From Deltaproteobacteria bacterium (GTDB taxonomy: Bacteria; Myxococcota_A; UBA9160; SMWR01): a stretch of DNA of 23,384 nt. Below the pieces are notes generated by a model. It saw only the letters and a program-made list of their open reading frames with translations. It ran no database searches and was not told the DNA's origin. The position numbers and the translations under genes are program-made. The stretch lies in the NCBI GenBank assembly GCA_032128115.1, contig JAQBHB010000064.1, positions 1 through 23,384 of the forward strand. Reading direction: 5' to 3'. This document shows, piece by piece, positions 8,310-16,638 of this stretch (its first letter is position 1; the number at the start of each line of letters is the position of its first letter).

Positions 8310-10958
8310 CTACGCCGACGCCCGCCCGCTGCGTCCGCCCTCGTCCAGGAGAATCTGGAGCCGACTCACCACATCGTGAAGCGTGTCGAAGGCCTCGAAT
8401 TCCACTTCGCGCCGAGTGAGCTCCTCCGCCAGGGAGTCCTTGGCGAACGCCACATCGGCGGCCAGGGCACCGCAGGTGTCCGACACACGGCCGTTGCCGA
8501 TATGCACCGTGATCACACCCGGGTGCTCGGCCCGGAATTCGTCGATGCGTCCCCGTTTGCATGTCCCCGTGCCGCAACCGCAGCTTGGACTCGGATGTGC
8601 GCCCTCGATGCGCCAGCAGTCATTCTCGTAGCGAAGTCGATTGGCCTCGTAGTGGAAGCGCACGTCGTTCAACACCTGCAAGCGGCTCAGGTTGTAGTCG
8701 AACCCGTCGGAGAGCACCCGGAACGGGACACCGTGGCTCTCACACCAGGCCACCAGGTCGCGGGCGCCCGGGTCGAGTTGGATGGTCCGCAGGAAATCCT
8801 GGAGCTCGCTCTCCGGCAGCGGCAACCCGTCGAGAATCTCCAGATTGTATTCCCAGGCCGTGATCTCGCCGCGCTCGAAGCGCGCCCAGGCCGCGGGCCG
8901 GCGATCGCCAGCGACGCGCTGGGCCAGGGTGGCTCCCACGTCCTGCACCGAGAACGTGCCATCGAAATCACAGAAGACGGCCATCGGAAACTTGCGCTTC
9001 AACCGGTAGATCCCCCCATCCCGGGCCGGGAGCTCCCCCTCCAGGCATCCACGCCCATCCGCGACTGCCGCGCCGGAGCCCAGGGCCGGCTCGGGCGCGC
9101 ACGCCAGGTCAGCCACACCCCCTGCGGAGAGATCCACCCGGAGCTTCACCGCCTCGTCACCGGTATTCAGGAGCGCGACCCAGCCCCCTTCCGGAGCCGC
9201 GGCATGGGCACCTCGGGGAGTTTCGCCCGCAAGCAGATCGATGGCACGCGCCGCGCCGGGAATGCCCAGGGCATCCACGCGAGCGGCCAGCGCCCGGGTC
9301 TCCCGATACAGCCTGCGGTCCGGCTCCGAAAGCAGCGGCACGTCGTCCGAAAGAAACGGGAGACCACCGGTGACGGCGATGGCGGCCGCCAACGCCCTGC
9401 GTTCGCCGGGTCCCAGCCCGGTGTCGTCGCCGCGAGCCATCAGGCAGTCGGGATCATTCACCCAGAGGCGCCGGTGCATCCACGACCGGGCCAGCACGCT
9501 GCGCAGCGCGCTGCGGGTAGAGGGCTGGGTGGCCTCGATTCCGGGGATGGCGAGATTCGGATCGACGTCCCAGCTGGGCGCCACGTCGGGGCCGATGCGC
9601 ATGGCGTCGACCAGGCCGACGGCGGCACCCAGCGGACACCCGCATCCCAGCAGGGTGGCGGCGGGGCCCGCGCCGCGGCGGATGGCCGAAAGCCCGCGAC
9701 GCAGCCGCTCCGCACGACTCACGGTCGGATCGGCCGCGTCGGCCCGCATGGCCGCCGTGTACAGGAAATCGAGCTTGAGATAGCCGAACCCCAGGCCGAC
9801 CAGGCGTGCGAAAACGCGGGCCAGGTGGTCGAGCACGGGCTCACGACTCGTGTCCAACACGAAAACCGAAGCCTCCGCGCTCCACTCCGGGTGCAGCAGG
9901 CCGCGAAACGGCTGACCCTCGCGGCGCAGCAGCCAGTCCGGGTGCGCACGGGCGAGCCGGCTCTCGGGAACGGCGCAGAAGGGGGCGGTCCAGAGGCCGG
10001 GGATGAAGCCCGCTTCCCGGATGTCGCGGGCCAGGGGCGCCAGGCCTCGGGGGAATTTCGCGTTCGTATCGAGCCAATCGCCGATGGTGCTCTGATAGCC
10101 GTCGTCGATCAGGACCACATCCACCGGCACCTCGTCGCGAGACACGGCGAGGGCCTCGAGATTGCGCAAGACGTCGTCCTCGCTGACGTCGTGGAAGAAG
10201 TGATACCAGCTGCACCAGCCGGCCATGAAGGGACGCGCGGTGCGCGCGTCGTTGATGAGACCGTGCAGACGCGCCTGCTCCTCCAGCAGCGCCACCGGTT
10301 CGACACCGAGGGCCACTCGAACGAGTTCGAGACCGCGAGTCTCCCCTGGCGCGAGGCGGGCATCGATGCACAGCTCGGCTTCGAGGAGCACATCCGGTCC
10401 GTCGCGCCGCACATAGAGCACGCCGAAGCAGGCGCCCTCTTCCAGAACGCCAAGCAGGCACGCGGCGCCGGGCCGGGTCGGTCCCACCACCGTCACGAGA
10501 TCCGACTCGTGCCAGCCGGCCCGATCCGCGGGCACGGCACCCCGCGCGTGGTGCAGCCCGCGCAACCAGGCTCCGGAGGGAAATTCGGGTTCGCCGGCCG
10601 GATCCAGATCGCGCGCGCCGGTGAACGACCAGGACTGCCAGCCGTGCTTGAGGAAGCGCAGCGACGAGGCACCGGCTCCGAGCCAGCGGAAGCCCACGAT
10701 GACGCTCTCCAGATGGACGGGGCCGTCCGAGACGTTGCGCACCTGGATGCGCGCCGTGGCCGCGTCGGTGTCGGAGGCCAGGTCGACCTCGAGCTCGAGA
10801 GCGCCGGTGCGATGCCGCCCCGACACCAGGGGCAGCGCCGGGCCCGGGGGGAGGGACTCATCGGGCCCGGGCTCGGCCTCCCCGGCACGCACCGCGAGCC
10901 GCGTGGGCTCCACGGACCCGGCCCGATCGTGTCTGGCGAGAACTCTGGGGCTTGCCAT
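8310..10958 (-). CDS. GH36 (clan D) alpha-galactosidase-like glycosidase fused to a C-terminal HAD-IB (MtnX-like) phosphatase
   Basis: GH36 motifs: GWQSWS, GWCSWY, LIDDGYQ, GDW, KFPRGL, GLWTAPF, YLKLDF (nucleophile), RIGPD (acid/base), NDPDC. HAD motifs: CDFDGT, VLSDG, CK, HIGNGRVSD...ADVAFAK. One open frame. Confidence 0.85.
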   Translation of the reverse strand: MASPRVLARHDRAGSVEPTRLAVRAGEAEPGPDESLPPGPALPLVSGRHRTGALELEVDLASDTDAATARIQVRNVSDGPVHLESVIVGFRWLGAGASSLRFLKHGWQSWSFTGARDLDPAGEPEFPSGAWLRGLHHARGAVPADRAGWHESDLVTVVGPTRPGAACLLGVLEEGACFGVLYVRRDGPDVLLEAELCIDARLAPGETRGLELVRVALGVEPVALLEEQARLHGLINDARTARPFMAGWCSWYHFFHDVSEDDVLRNLEALAVSRDEVPVDVVLIDDGYQSTIGDWLDTNAKFPRGLAPLARDIREAGFIPGLWTAPFCAVPESRLARAHPDWLLRREGQPFRGLLHPEWSAEASVFVLDTSREPVLDHLARVFARLVGLGFGYLKLDFLYTAAMRADAADPTVSRAERLRRGLSAIRRGAGPAATLLGCGCPLGAAVGLVDAMRIGPDVAPSWDVDPNLAIPGIEATQPSTRSALRSVLARSWMHRRLWVNDPDCLMARGDDTGLGPGERRALAAAIAVTGGLPFLSDDVPLLSEPDRRLYRETRALAARVDALGIPGAARAIDLLAGETPRGAHAAAPEGGWVALLNTGDEAVKLRVDLSAGGVADLACAPEPALGSGAAVADGRGCLEGELPARDGGIYRLKRKFPMAVFCDFDGTFSVQDVGATLAQRVAGDRRPAAWARFERGEITAWEYNLEILDGLPLPESELQDFLRTIQLDPGARDLVAWCESHGVPFRVLSDGFDYNLSRLQVLNDVRFHYEANRLRYENDCWRIEGAHPSPSCGCGTGTCKRGRIDEFRAEHPGVITVHIGNGRVSDTCGALAADVAFAKDSLAEELTRREVEFEAFDTLHDVVSRLQILLDEGGRSGRASA

Positions 10959-11052
10959 GGGCGCAAACGTAGACCGACCCGCCCGAACGCGCCGGCACTG
11001 CGCACAATCGCCGCAACCGATGCGCAAACTCCTGCGCGGGGTTGCAGAGCGC

Positions 11053-11067
11053 GACACAAATTGTGTC
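11053..11067. promoter_or_regulatory. palindrome GACACAA-A-TTGTGTC, candidate enhancer (bEBP) site
   Basis: Perfect 7-1-7 inverted repeat about 110 bp upstream of the sigma54 promoter at 11176. Confidence 0.55.
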
Positions 11068-11175
11068 ACCGCACCACCCACACCTGCGCGCCGCCTGCCG
11101 CCATTTGGGGAGGCCTGTGAGCAAGACCACAGCCTTTCAGGGGACTTAGGGCGGCCTTTCGCACTCGCCTCCGTC

Positions 11176-11191
11176 TGGCACGCGGCTTGCT
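11176..11191 (+). promoter_or_regulatory. sigma54 (-24/-12) promoter
   Basis: TGGCAC-GCGGC-TTGCT, an exact match to the TGGCAC-N5-TTGCW consensus, in intergenic DNA. Confidence 0.8.
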
Positions 11192-11201
11192 ATTCCATCG
11201 C

Positions 11202-11288
11202 TCGTATCGAGAAGTTCAACGCCCGGGTTGGCTACCCCTCCCACCGCGCTTTTTGCGTTGTGAGCCGGCCCGGGCGTTTTCCTTTTCC
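11202..11288 (+). ncRNA. candidate sigma54-dependent small RNA
   Basis: Predicted +1 at ~11202. 16-bp stem 11218-11233/11263-11278 with two U-G pairs that form only on the + strand, an inner helix, an unpaired ACCCCUCC bulge and a U-rich tail TTCCTTTTCC. Confidence 0.6.
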
Positions 11289-12559
11289 TGGAGCGTGCGA
11301 CGCCGGGGGTCTTCCACGAACAACCCCACCACCGCCAGAGCCATCACCTGGAAGGCGATCCCTACCCAGAAGACGCCCACGTAGGAGAGCCAGGCCGCCA
11401 GCACCCCACCGAGGATCGCCCCCACGGCACCCACCAGCTCCGAGGCCGAATTGGCCACGGCGATTCGCATGGGCAGGTTCTCCCGGGAGCCGAACTCCAG
11501 CACCATGTTCTGAGCCGACATCTGGAAGCCGCCCAGGCCGGCGCCGATCCCGGCGAAGACCACCGTGAGCGCGCTGAGGTCCTGGCTCGTCATCAGCAGC
11601 ATCACCGACAGGACCCACAGGGTGAGCGCTGCCAGGAACACGATCCGAAATCCGCGCCGATCCGCGATCACGCCCCAGGCCAGGTTGCTCACGCTCTGGG
11701 ACAGCACGAACGCCCCGCTCAGGAGGCCGAGCGCGAACCCCGTGACCGGTATGATCTCGCCGGCGTAGAGGATGTAGAACGGCATGGACATGCGGCCCAT
11801 CACCGCCAGTGCACGCGCCAGGAAGTAGCGCGTGAACGAGCGGTCGGATCGCAGCAGCGCGGGAAGCTCGCGCAAGCGCCGGTGCAAGCCCGAGGGCTCG
11901 CGTACCTCCGGCGACTCGGGCTCGCGCACGAAGAGCAGCAGGCACAGGCCCACCGAGGTGAGCCCGAAGGCCAGCAGGAACGTGGCCGCATAGCCGTTGC
12001 CAAGGATGTTTCCGTCGATCAGGTAGCTGCCGGCGAACAGGGCCACCCCGGTTGCGGTCAGACCCGCTAGCGCGTTGCGCAGCCCCATCAGGCGACCGCG
12101 CACCTCCACCGGGATGACCTTCGAAATCAGGAAGTTGAAGACGACGCCCTGCACTCCCAGGAACACCCCGAACAGCCCCAGGAACAGGAAGGCGGTCCAC
12201 AGGGGCCAGGGATCGGCCAACAGGAGCCCGCCGAGGGCAATGCCCAGGATCGAAACGCGCATGAGCGCCCCGATCAGGAATCCCACCGGAAGAACCCGGC
12301 GCCGGTGCTCGACGATGGTTGCGCCGAAGATCGGCGACAGGAACATCCCGAAGTACTGCAGGCCGCGAACGGCGCCCACGACCAGGTCGGAACCCGACAG
12401 CGCGAATACGTAGGCCGGGATGAACGTGGGCGCGTTGATGAGACGCATGCCCGTCTGGCCCAGGAGCCCGTGACCCAGATGCGCCAGGTAGTTTCGACGC
12501 AGGGATCGCCGGACATGGGCCTGGAAGGCGGCCTCGCCCGCCGACTCAGGGCTCGGCAA
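11216..12559 (-). CDS. MFS transporter (start uncertain; TTG 12559 overlapping the folC end)
   Basis: About 12 hydrophobic segments, KVIPVEVRGRLMG loop, WGVIADRRGFR (MFS motif-A-like) and LLRSDRSFTRYF central loop. Confidence 0.85.
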   Translation of the reverse strand: MPSPESAGEAAFQAHVRRSLRRNYLAHLGHGLLGQTGMRLINAPTFIPAYVFALSGSDLVVGAVRGLQYFGMFLSPIFGATIVEHRRRVLPVGFLIGALMRVSILGIALGGLLLADPWPLWTAFLFLGLFGVFLGVQGVVFNFLISKVIPVEVRGRLMGLRNALAGLTATGVALFAGSYLIDGNILGNGYAATFLLAFGLTSVGLCLLLFVREPESPEVREPSGLHRRLRELPALLRSDRSFTRYFLARALAVMGRMSMPFYILYAGEIIPVTGFALGLLSGAFVLSQSVSNLAWGVIADRRGFRIVFLAALTLWVLSVMLLMTSQDLSALTVVFAGIGAGLGGFQMSAQNMVLEFGSRENLPMRIAVANSASELVGAVGAILGGVLAAWLSYVGVFWVGIAFQVMALAVVGLFVEDPRRRTLQEKENARAGSQRKKRGGRGSQPGR

Positions 12560-13970
12560 CGGGGCCCCGATCGCCTCGGCGCGACACCGACACGCGCTGC
12601 GATCCGTCGTACTCGAGAAGCACGCGACGGGCGATCCCCGCCAGGTAGATCGAGCCGGTGGCCAGCAACAGGTCGTCCTCCCCGAGTCCGTCGCGGGCGG
12701 CGCGCACCGCCAGGTGGGGATTGGGCACCACGCGCACGGCAAGATCTGGCGCCGCCCGGCGCACGGCCTCCGCTACGGATTCCGGGGCCAGGGAACGCGT
12801 GGCTTCGGCGCGGGTCACGGTCACTTCGTCGGCCAGGGGCAGCAGGGCGGACAGGATCGCGTCGGTGTCCTTGCCCGCCGAGATGGAGAGCACCAGCCGG
12901 GTGCGACGGCGCGGGAGGGAACACAGCGTGCGCGCCAGCGCCCTCGCCGAGGCGGCCGTGTGGGCCGCGTCCACCACCAGGGTGGGACGCCGACTCAACA
13001 CCTCGATGCGTCCGGGAAGACGGGCGTCCGTGAGTCCACGCGCGACCGCTTCTGCCAGAGCCGAGGACGCACGGAGAGCGCGCCGCACGCAGGCCACGGC
13101 CAGTGCGGCGTTGTCGGCCTGGTGCTCGCCTGGCGCGTCCAGGTGCACTTCGATCCGGAGCGGACCGTCCTCCACCCGGACCAGGGGTCGGCCCGAACCC
13201 CCGTCTTCGAGCCGCGACTGGAAGTCGCGGCCCAGCTCCACACATGGGGCCCCGACTTCCCTGGCCCGCTCGAGGATCGCGGCGCGGGCCACGTCGGGAA
13301 GTCGGCCCAGGACCGCGGGCACTCCGGGCTTCAGGATGCCCGCCTTCTCCCGGGCGATTTCCGGCAGCGTGGTGCCGAGCCGGTCCGTGTGCTCGAGCTC
13401 GATGCTGGTGATGCAGGTCATGATCGGCTCACAGACGTTGGTGGAATCGAGCCTTCCGCCCAGGCCCACCTCGAGCACCGCGAAGTCCACACGGGCTTCG
13501 ACGAAGAGCAGGAGCGCGGCAGCCGTGGTGGCGTCGAAGAAACTCGGCGCGCGGTCGGGCATCTCCTCGCGAAGAGCCTCCACGTGCGGTCGGAGCCGAT
13601 CGACCGCAGCCGCCAGACGCGGTCCCGACACGTCGGCCCCGTCCAGGCGAAAGCGTTCGGTCCAGAACTCCAGGTGGGGTGAAGTGAACGTGCCAACGCG
13701 GTGGCCCGTACTCCGCAGGATCGATTCGACGAACAGGGCCGTGGAGCCCTTGCCCTTGGAGCCGGCGATGTGGATGACCGGCAGTCCCCGCTCCGGATGC
13801 CCCAGCCGACGCATGAGCGCGCGAATCGCCGTCAGGTCGATGCGAGACGAGGGCAGGTCCGGCTGCTTCTCCAGGTTGATGAGCCCCGAAAGCCAGGCGC
13901 CCGCCTCTGTGGCGGTTTCGACGGATCGCGGTCTCGAACTGGGGGCCATGGGCGGAGGATACGGGGCCAT
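12546..13970 (-). CDS. folC: bifunctional folylpolyglutamate synthase / dihydrofolate synthase
   Basis: IHIAGSKGKGST, FTSPHL, EVGLGGRLDSTN, EKAGI, DAAHT and TGSIYL. Two possible ATGs (13970, 13949) because of a tandem duplication. Confidence 0.95.
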   Translation of the reverse strand: MAPYPPPMAPSSRPRSVETATEAGAWLSGLINLEKQPDLPSSRIDLTAIRALMRRLGHPERGLPVIHIAGSKGKGSTALFVESILRSTGHRVGTFTSPHLEFWTERFRLDGADVSGPRLAAAVDRLRPHVEALREEMPDRAPSFFDATTAAALLLFVEARVDFAVLEVGLGGRLDSTNVCEPIMTCITSIELEHTDRLGTTLPEIAREKAGILKPGVPAVLGRLPDVARAAILERAREVGAPCVELGRDFQSRLEDGGSGRPLVRVEDGPLRIEVHLDAPGEHQADNAALAVACVRRALRASSALAEAVARGLTDARLPGRIEVLSRRPTLVVDAAHTAASARALARTLCSLPRRRTRLVLSISAGKDTDAILSALLPLADEVTVTRAEATRSLAPESVAEAVRRAAPDLAVRVVPNPHLAVRAARDGLGEDDLLLATGSIYLAGIARRVLLEYDGSQRVSVSRRGDRGPVAEP

Positions 13971-13983
13971 GGGCGGAGGATAC
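13942..13983. repeat. exact 21-bp tandem duplication spanning the folC start
   Basis: GGGGCCATGGGCGGAGGATAC at 13942-13962 and 13963-13983. Confidence 0.95.
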
Positions 13984-13999
13984 CTTGGGCGGGCGCCCC

Positions 14000-14032
14000 A
14001 AAAAGAACGAGGCGGCCCGAAGACCGCCTCGT
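14000..14032 (-). terminator. intrinsic terminator downstream of the small Cys-rich gene
   Basis: Minus strand ACGAGGCGGTC-TTCG-GGCCGCCTCGT (11 bp including one U-G, cUUCGg tetraloop) followed by TCTTTTT. Confidence 0.85.
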
Positions 14033-14053
14033 GGGGTCAAGAACGTGCGCCGG

Positions 14054-14380
14054 TCATTGGACCATGTAGCGCTTCCACTGGCGGTACTCCTTCACCGCGG
14101 GACTCGTGGAATCCGTCGCGGGGAAGTAGAAGCGCACCGCGTGACCACAGTCATCGCAGACCTTGTAACAGAACTTGAAGCCGTCCACCTCGCGCATGGT
14201 CCCCACCATGGTGCGCGACTCTTCGCTGCAGCAGGGCGAGGGGCGCACCGGCGACACGATGCGCCGCGGGTAGTCGTTTCGCGGCTTCTCGTCGTCCTTG
14301 TACCGGATGATGTTCTTGGTGATCCGGTTCGCCTTGGCCTCGGAATTCTGCTTGCGGATGTTGCTGCCGATGCGTCTCAA
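14054..14380 (-). CDS. small basic hypothetical protein with a putative Zn-ribbon (CC...C...CxxC)
   Basis: 108 aa. TTG start overlaps the NRDE stop (TTGA), with GAGGG upstream. Contains PCCS...FCYKVCDDCGH and is followed by a terminator. Confidence 0.75.
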   Translation of the reverse strand: MRRIGSNIRKQNSEAKANRITKNIIRYKDDEKPRNDYPRRIVSPVRPSPCCSEESRTMVGTMREVDGFKFCYKVCDDCGHAVRFYFPATDSTSPAVKEYRQWKRYMVQ

Positions 14381-15156
14381 CTGGCTTCCCTCGTCGTATT
14401 TGCTCCCTCGCTCGCGCTGGATCTCTCCAGGCGGCGAAGAAGGGGGGTGAAATCCTCGTACTCGTTCTCACAGGGCGGTCCTTCGGAAAACCGCAGAACA
14501 CTCTCGCCGGCCTCGCGGCCCAGCCACAACAGGGTGGAACTCCTGGTGCCGTAGGGGCCAGCGTGAACACAGGTGTCGCGCAGCGCATCGCCGCCGCCGT
14601 CGTGGCCGCGGCAGATCTCTGCCAGCCGATCGACCAGCGTGTCGGGCCTACCCGCAGCGGCCTTTTCCACCGCCTCCTGCAGGTGGTCGATCTTGGGCGT
14701 CGCAGTCCCGGGCGCAACGTTGCCCACCACGTGCACGCCCGGGTCGAGCGCCCAATGGTGCGGCGACTCGTCATACGTCACCACGTGGGCCTCGAAGCGA
14801 TCGGCCACCACCAGGTTGAACGGGTTGTAGGCACGGCGGTTCAGCACTCTCATCCTCTTCGCGGCGTCGGCCGCGCTGCTCGCCGCCAGGGCATCCATCA
14901 CCAGAAGCCCCCGGGAGCGACGCTGCGGATCCGGATCTTCACAGCGGCGGTTGGTCAATGCGGCAAACACGCCCGAGCCGTTCACCCCGAGCCAGGTGCC
15001 ACCCGCCCGGACATCCCGGGGGGCAACGATCGGACCGTGTGGCGTCTCCCGCAGCTTCGGCCCCTCCGCCGGCCGATCCATGAACTCATCCCGATTGGCG
15101 GCCACCACGAGCGGTGCCCCGGGCAGGCAGCAGTGAAGAACGATCAGCGTGCACAT
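14377..15156 (-). CDS. NRDE-family (TANGO2-like) protein
   Basis: N-terminal MC, VAANRDEF, GGTWLGVN, ALTN, SRGLLV, YNPFNL and YGTRSST. Confidence 0.92.
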   Translation of the reverse strand: MCTLIVLHCCLPGAPLVVAANRDEFMDRPAEGPKLRETPHGPIVAPRDVRAGGTWLGVNGSGVFAALTNRRCEDPDPQRRSRGLLVMDALAASSAADAAKRMRVLNRRAYNPFNLVVADRFEAHVVTYDESPHHWALDPGVHVVGNVAPGTATPKIDHLQEAVEKAAAGRPDTLVDRLAEICRGHDGGGDALRDTCVHAGPYGTRSSTLLWLGREAGESVLRFSEGPPCENEYEDFTPLLRRLERSSASEGANTTREAS

Positions 15157-15279
15157 CGCGAGCCCGCGGAGATGTCGGTCGCTTCACCGGGATGTGCGTG
15201 GATCAGCGCTCGGGGGATCGACATGGGGAACGAAGAAGGGTAGCAGATAGGGGGAGAACCGCCACATTGGGGCGGATTT

Positions 15280-16638
15280 TCACGCCCTTTTGCGACTGAC
15301 CAGGCGCAGCGAGGGCTCCGACTCCCCGTCTTCCGGGGGCTCTTCGCCCCGCCAGCCCTTAGCGGCCCGTGCACGATCGGCCCGGCGGCGTGCGGCCGCC
15401 CGGTCCATCCGCAGACCATAGCGCCCAAAGATCTCGCTCAGCTGGTCGAAATTCTGCTCGATGGTGTCACGGACCGACTCGAAGCCGTGCTCGATGGCCT
15501 CTTCGCGCTTCCAGAAGGCCAGCGGGTTGAGCCCGAAGAAGGTCGCATCCTGCTCGCGGGGCTCCAGCAGCACGATGTCGCCGCGGAATCGGTCATCGTT
15601 CAGATATCGCTGGATGCCGAGCTTGAGACGCGAGTGGAGCAGGGTGCGGAACACCTGGTTCACCACGACCTTCATGCCCCGGTCCGCCAGGTAGCGACCG
15701 TCCGCGAAGTAGGAGGCCTCCCCGTCTTCGGCGTCCACCCGGTTGAGGAAGGGGCGGAAGGGGTTGTAACAGATGATCAGATCCGCGCCCTTCTCGATGG
15801 CGATGTCGATGTTGGCCGTGTGGCGGACGCCGCCGTCCACGTAGTCGACGCCATTGATGCGTGCCGGCTTGTAGAAGATCGGGAGCGCCGACGAGGCCTG
15901 GACCGCCTGGGAGATGGTGAGCTCCGAATTCTCGTCCGCACCGAAGATGGCGCGCTCGGCGGTGTCCAGATTACAGGCGGTGATGTAGAGCTTGCACTTG
16001 CGCTTGCGCTCGAAGGCCCGGAAATCGTTGGGCGTCTCGATGCGTTCGAGGCTGGCGCGCACCCAGCGCTCGAGGGTCTTGTTGTCGAAGAAGCCGCTGG
16101 GCACGTGGTTCCCCAGCGCCGGAACCTCCCGCTTGGGCGAAACGTGATCCAGCAGCTCCATCACCATGATTTCGAATCGTGTGTAGCTGGGATCCCTGGC
16201 GAAGTCGCGAATCGAGGGGCCCACTGCATCCGGAAGCCCCGGAAGACCGCGGGCGAAGTCGAGGCTCACACTTGGCAGGTAGGTGCACAGGTCGTACACG
16301 AACTTCGCCGGCCGCGATACGAACTCCGCCAGATTCGGGTAGTAGAAGTCGATCGGGCGCAGCTGGTCGAAGCGCTTGCTGGTTCCGTGGAGCACCTCGA
16401 TCATCTCGTCGGGCGAGATGCCACCGGCCAGTGACGCCGCCAGGATCGAGCCGGCGGAGAGTCCGACGTACATGTCCACGTCGGTGACTCGCCTATCCAC
16501 CAGGAAATCGTTGAGGGCCTTGAGCCCCCCCACCTTGAAGGCGCCGCCCGAGACCGCTCCTCCCGCCAGCACCAGTGCAACCTTGGGATTGCGCTTGGGC
16601 CGCGCGGGATCGCTCTTCCGGATCAGGGTCAGCCCCAC
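15280..16638 (-). CDS. patatin-like phospholipase / esterase
   Basis: Oxyanion ALVLAGGAVSGG, nucleophile GLSAG, ASSALP and catalytic YVDGG. RBS GGAGG before the GTG. Confidence 0.9.
   Translation of the reverse strand: MGLTLIRKSDPARPKRNPKVALVLAGGAVSGGAFKVGGLKALNDFLVDRRVTDVDMYVGLSAGSILAASLAGGISPDEMIEVLHGTSKRFDQLRPIDFYYPNLAEFVSRPAKFVYDLCTYLPSVSLDFARGLPGLPDAVGPSIRDFARDPSYTRFEIMVMELLDHVSPKREVPALGNHVPSGFFDNKTLERWVRASLERIETPNDFRAFERKRKCKLYITACNLDTAERAIFGADENSELTISQAVQASSALPIFYKPARINGVDYVDGGVRHTANIDIAIEKGADLIICYNPFRPFLNRVDAEDGEASYFADGRYLADRGMKVVVNQVFRTLLHSRLKLGIQRYLNDDRFRGDIVLLEPREQDATFFGLNPLAFWKREEAIEHGFESVRDTIEQNFDQLSEIFGRYGLRMDRAAARRRADRARAAKGWRGEEPPEDGESEPSLRLVSRKRA

Noticed and set aside
8172..11120. 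982-aa + strand ORF
   Set aside because: Antisense shadow of the GH36-HAD gene with no motifs; expected in GC-rich DNA.
11187..11384. 65-aa + strand ORF as the product of the sigma54 promoter
   Set aside because: Its TTG lies inside the -12 element, upstream of the predicted TSS, and it would read through the terminator-like hairpin.
15144..15224. 26-codon upstream ORF overlapping the NRDE start
   Set aside because: No RBS or coding signal; likely chance, although a TGCTACCCT -10-like element lies just upstream.
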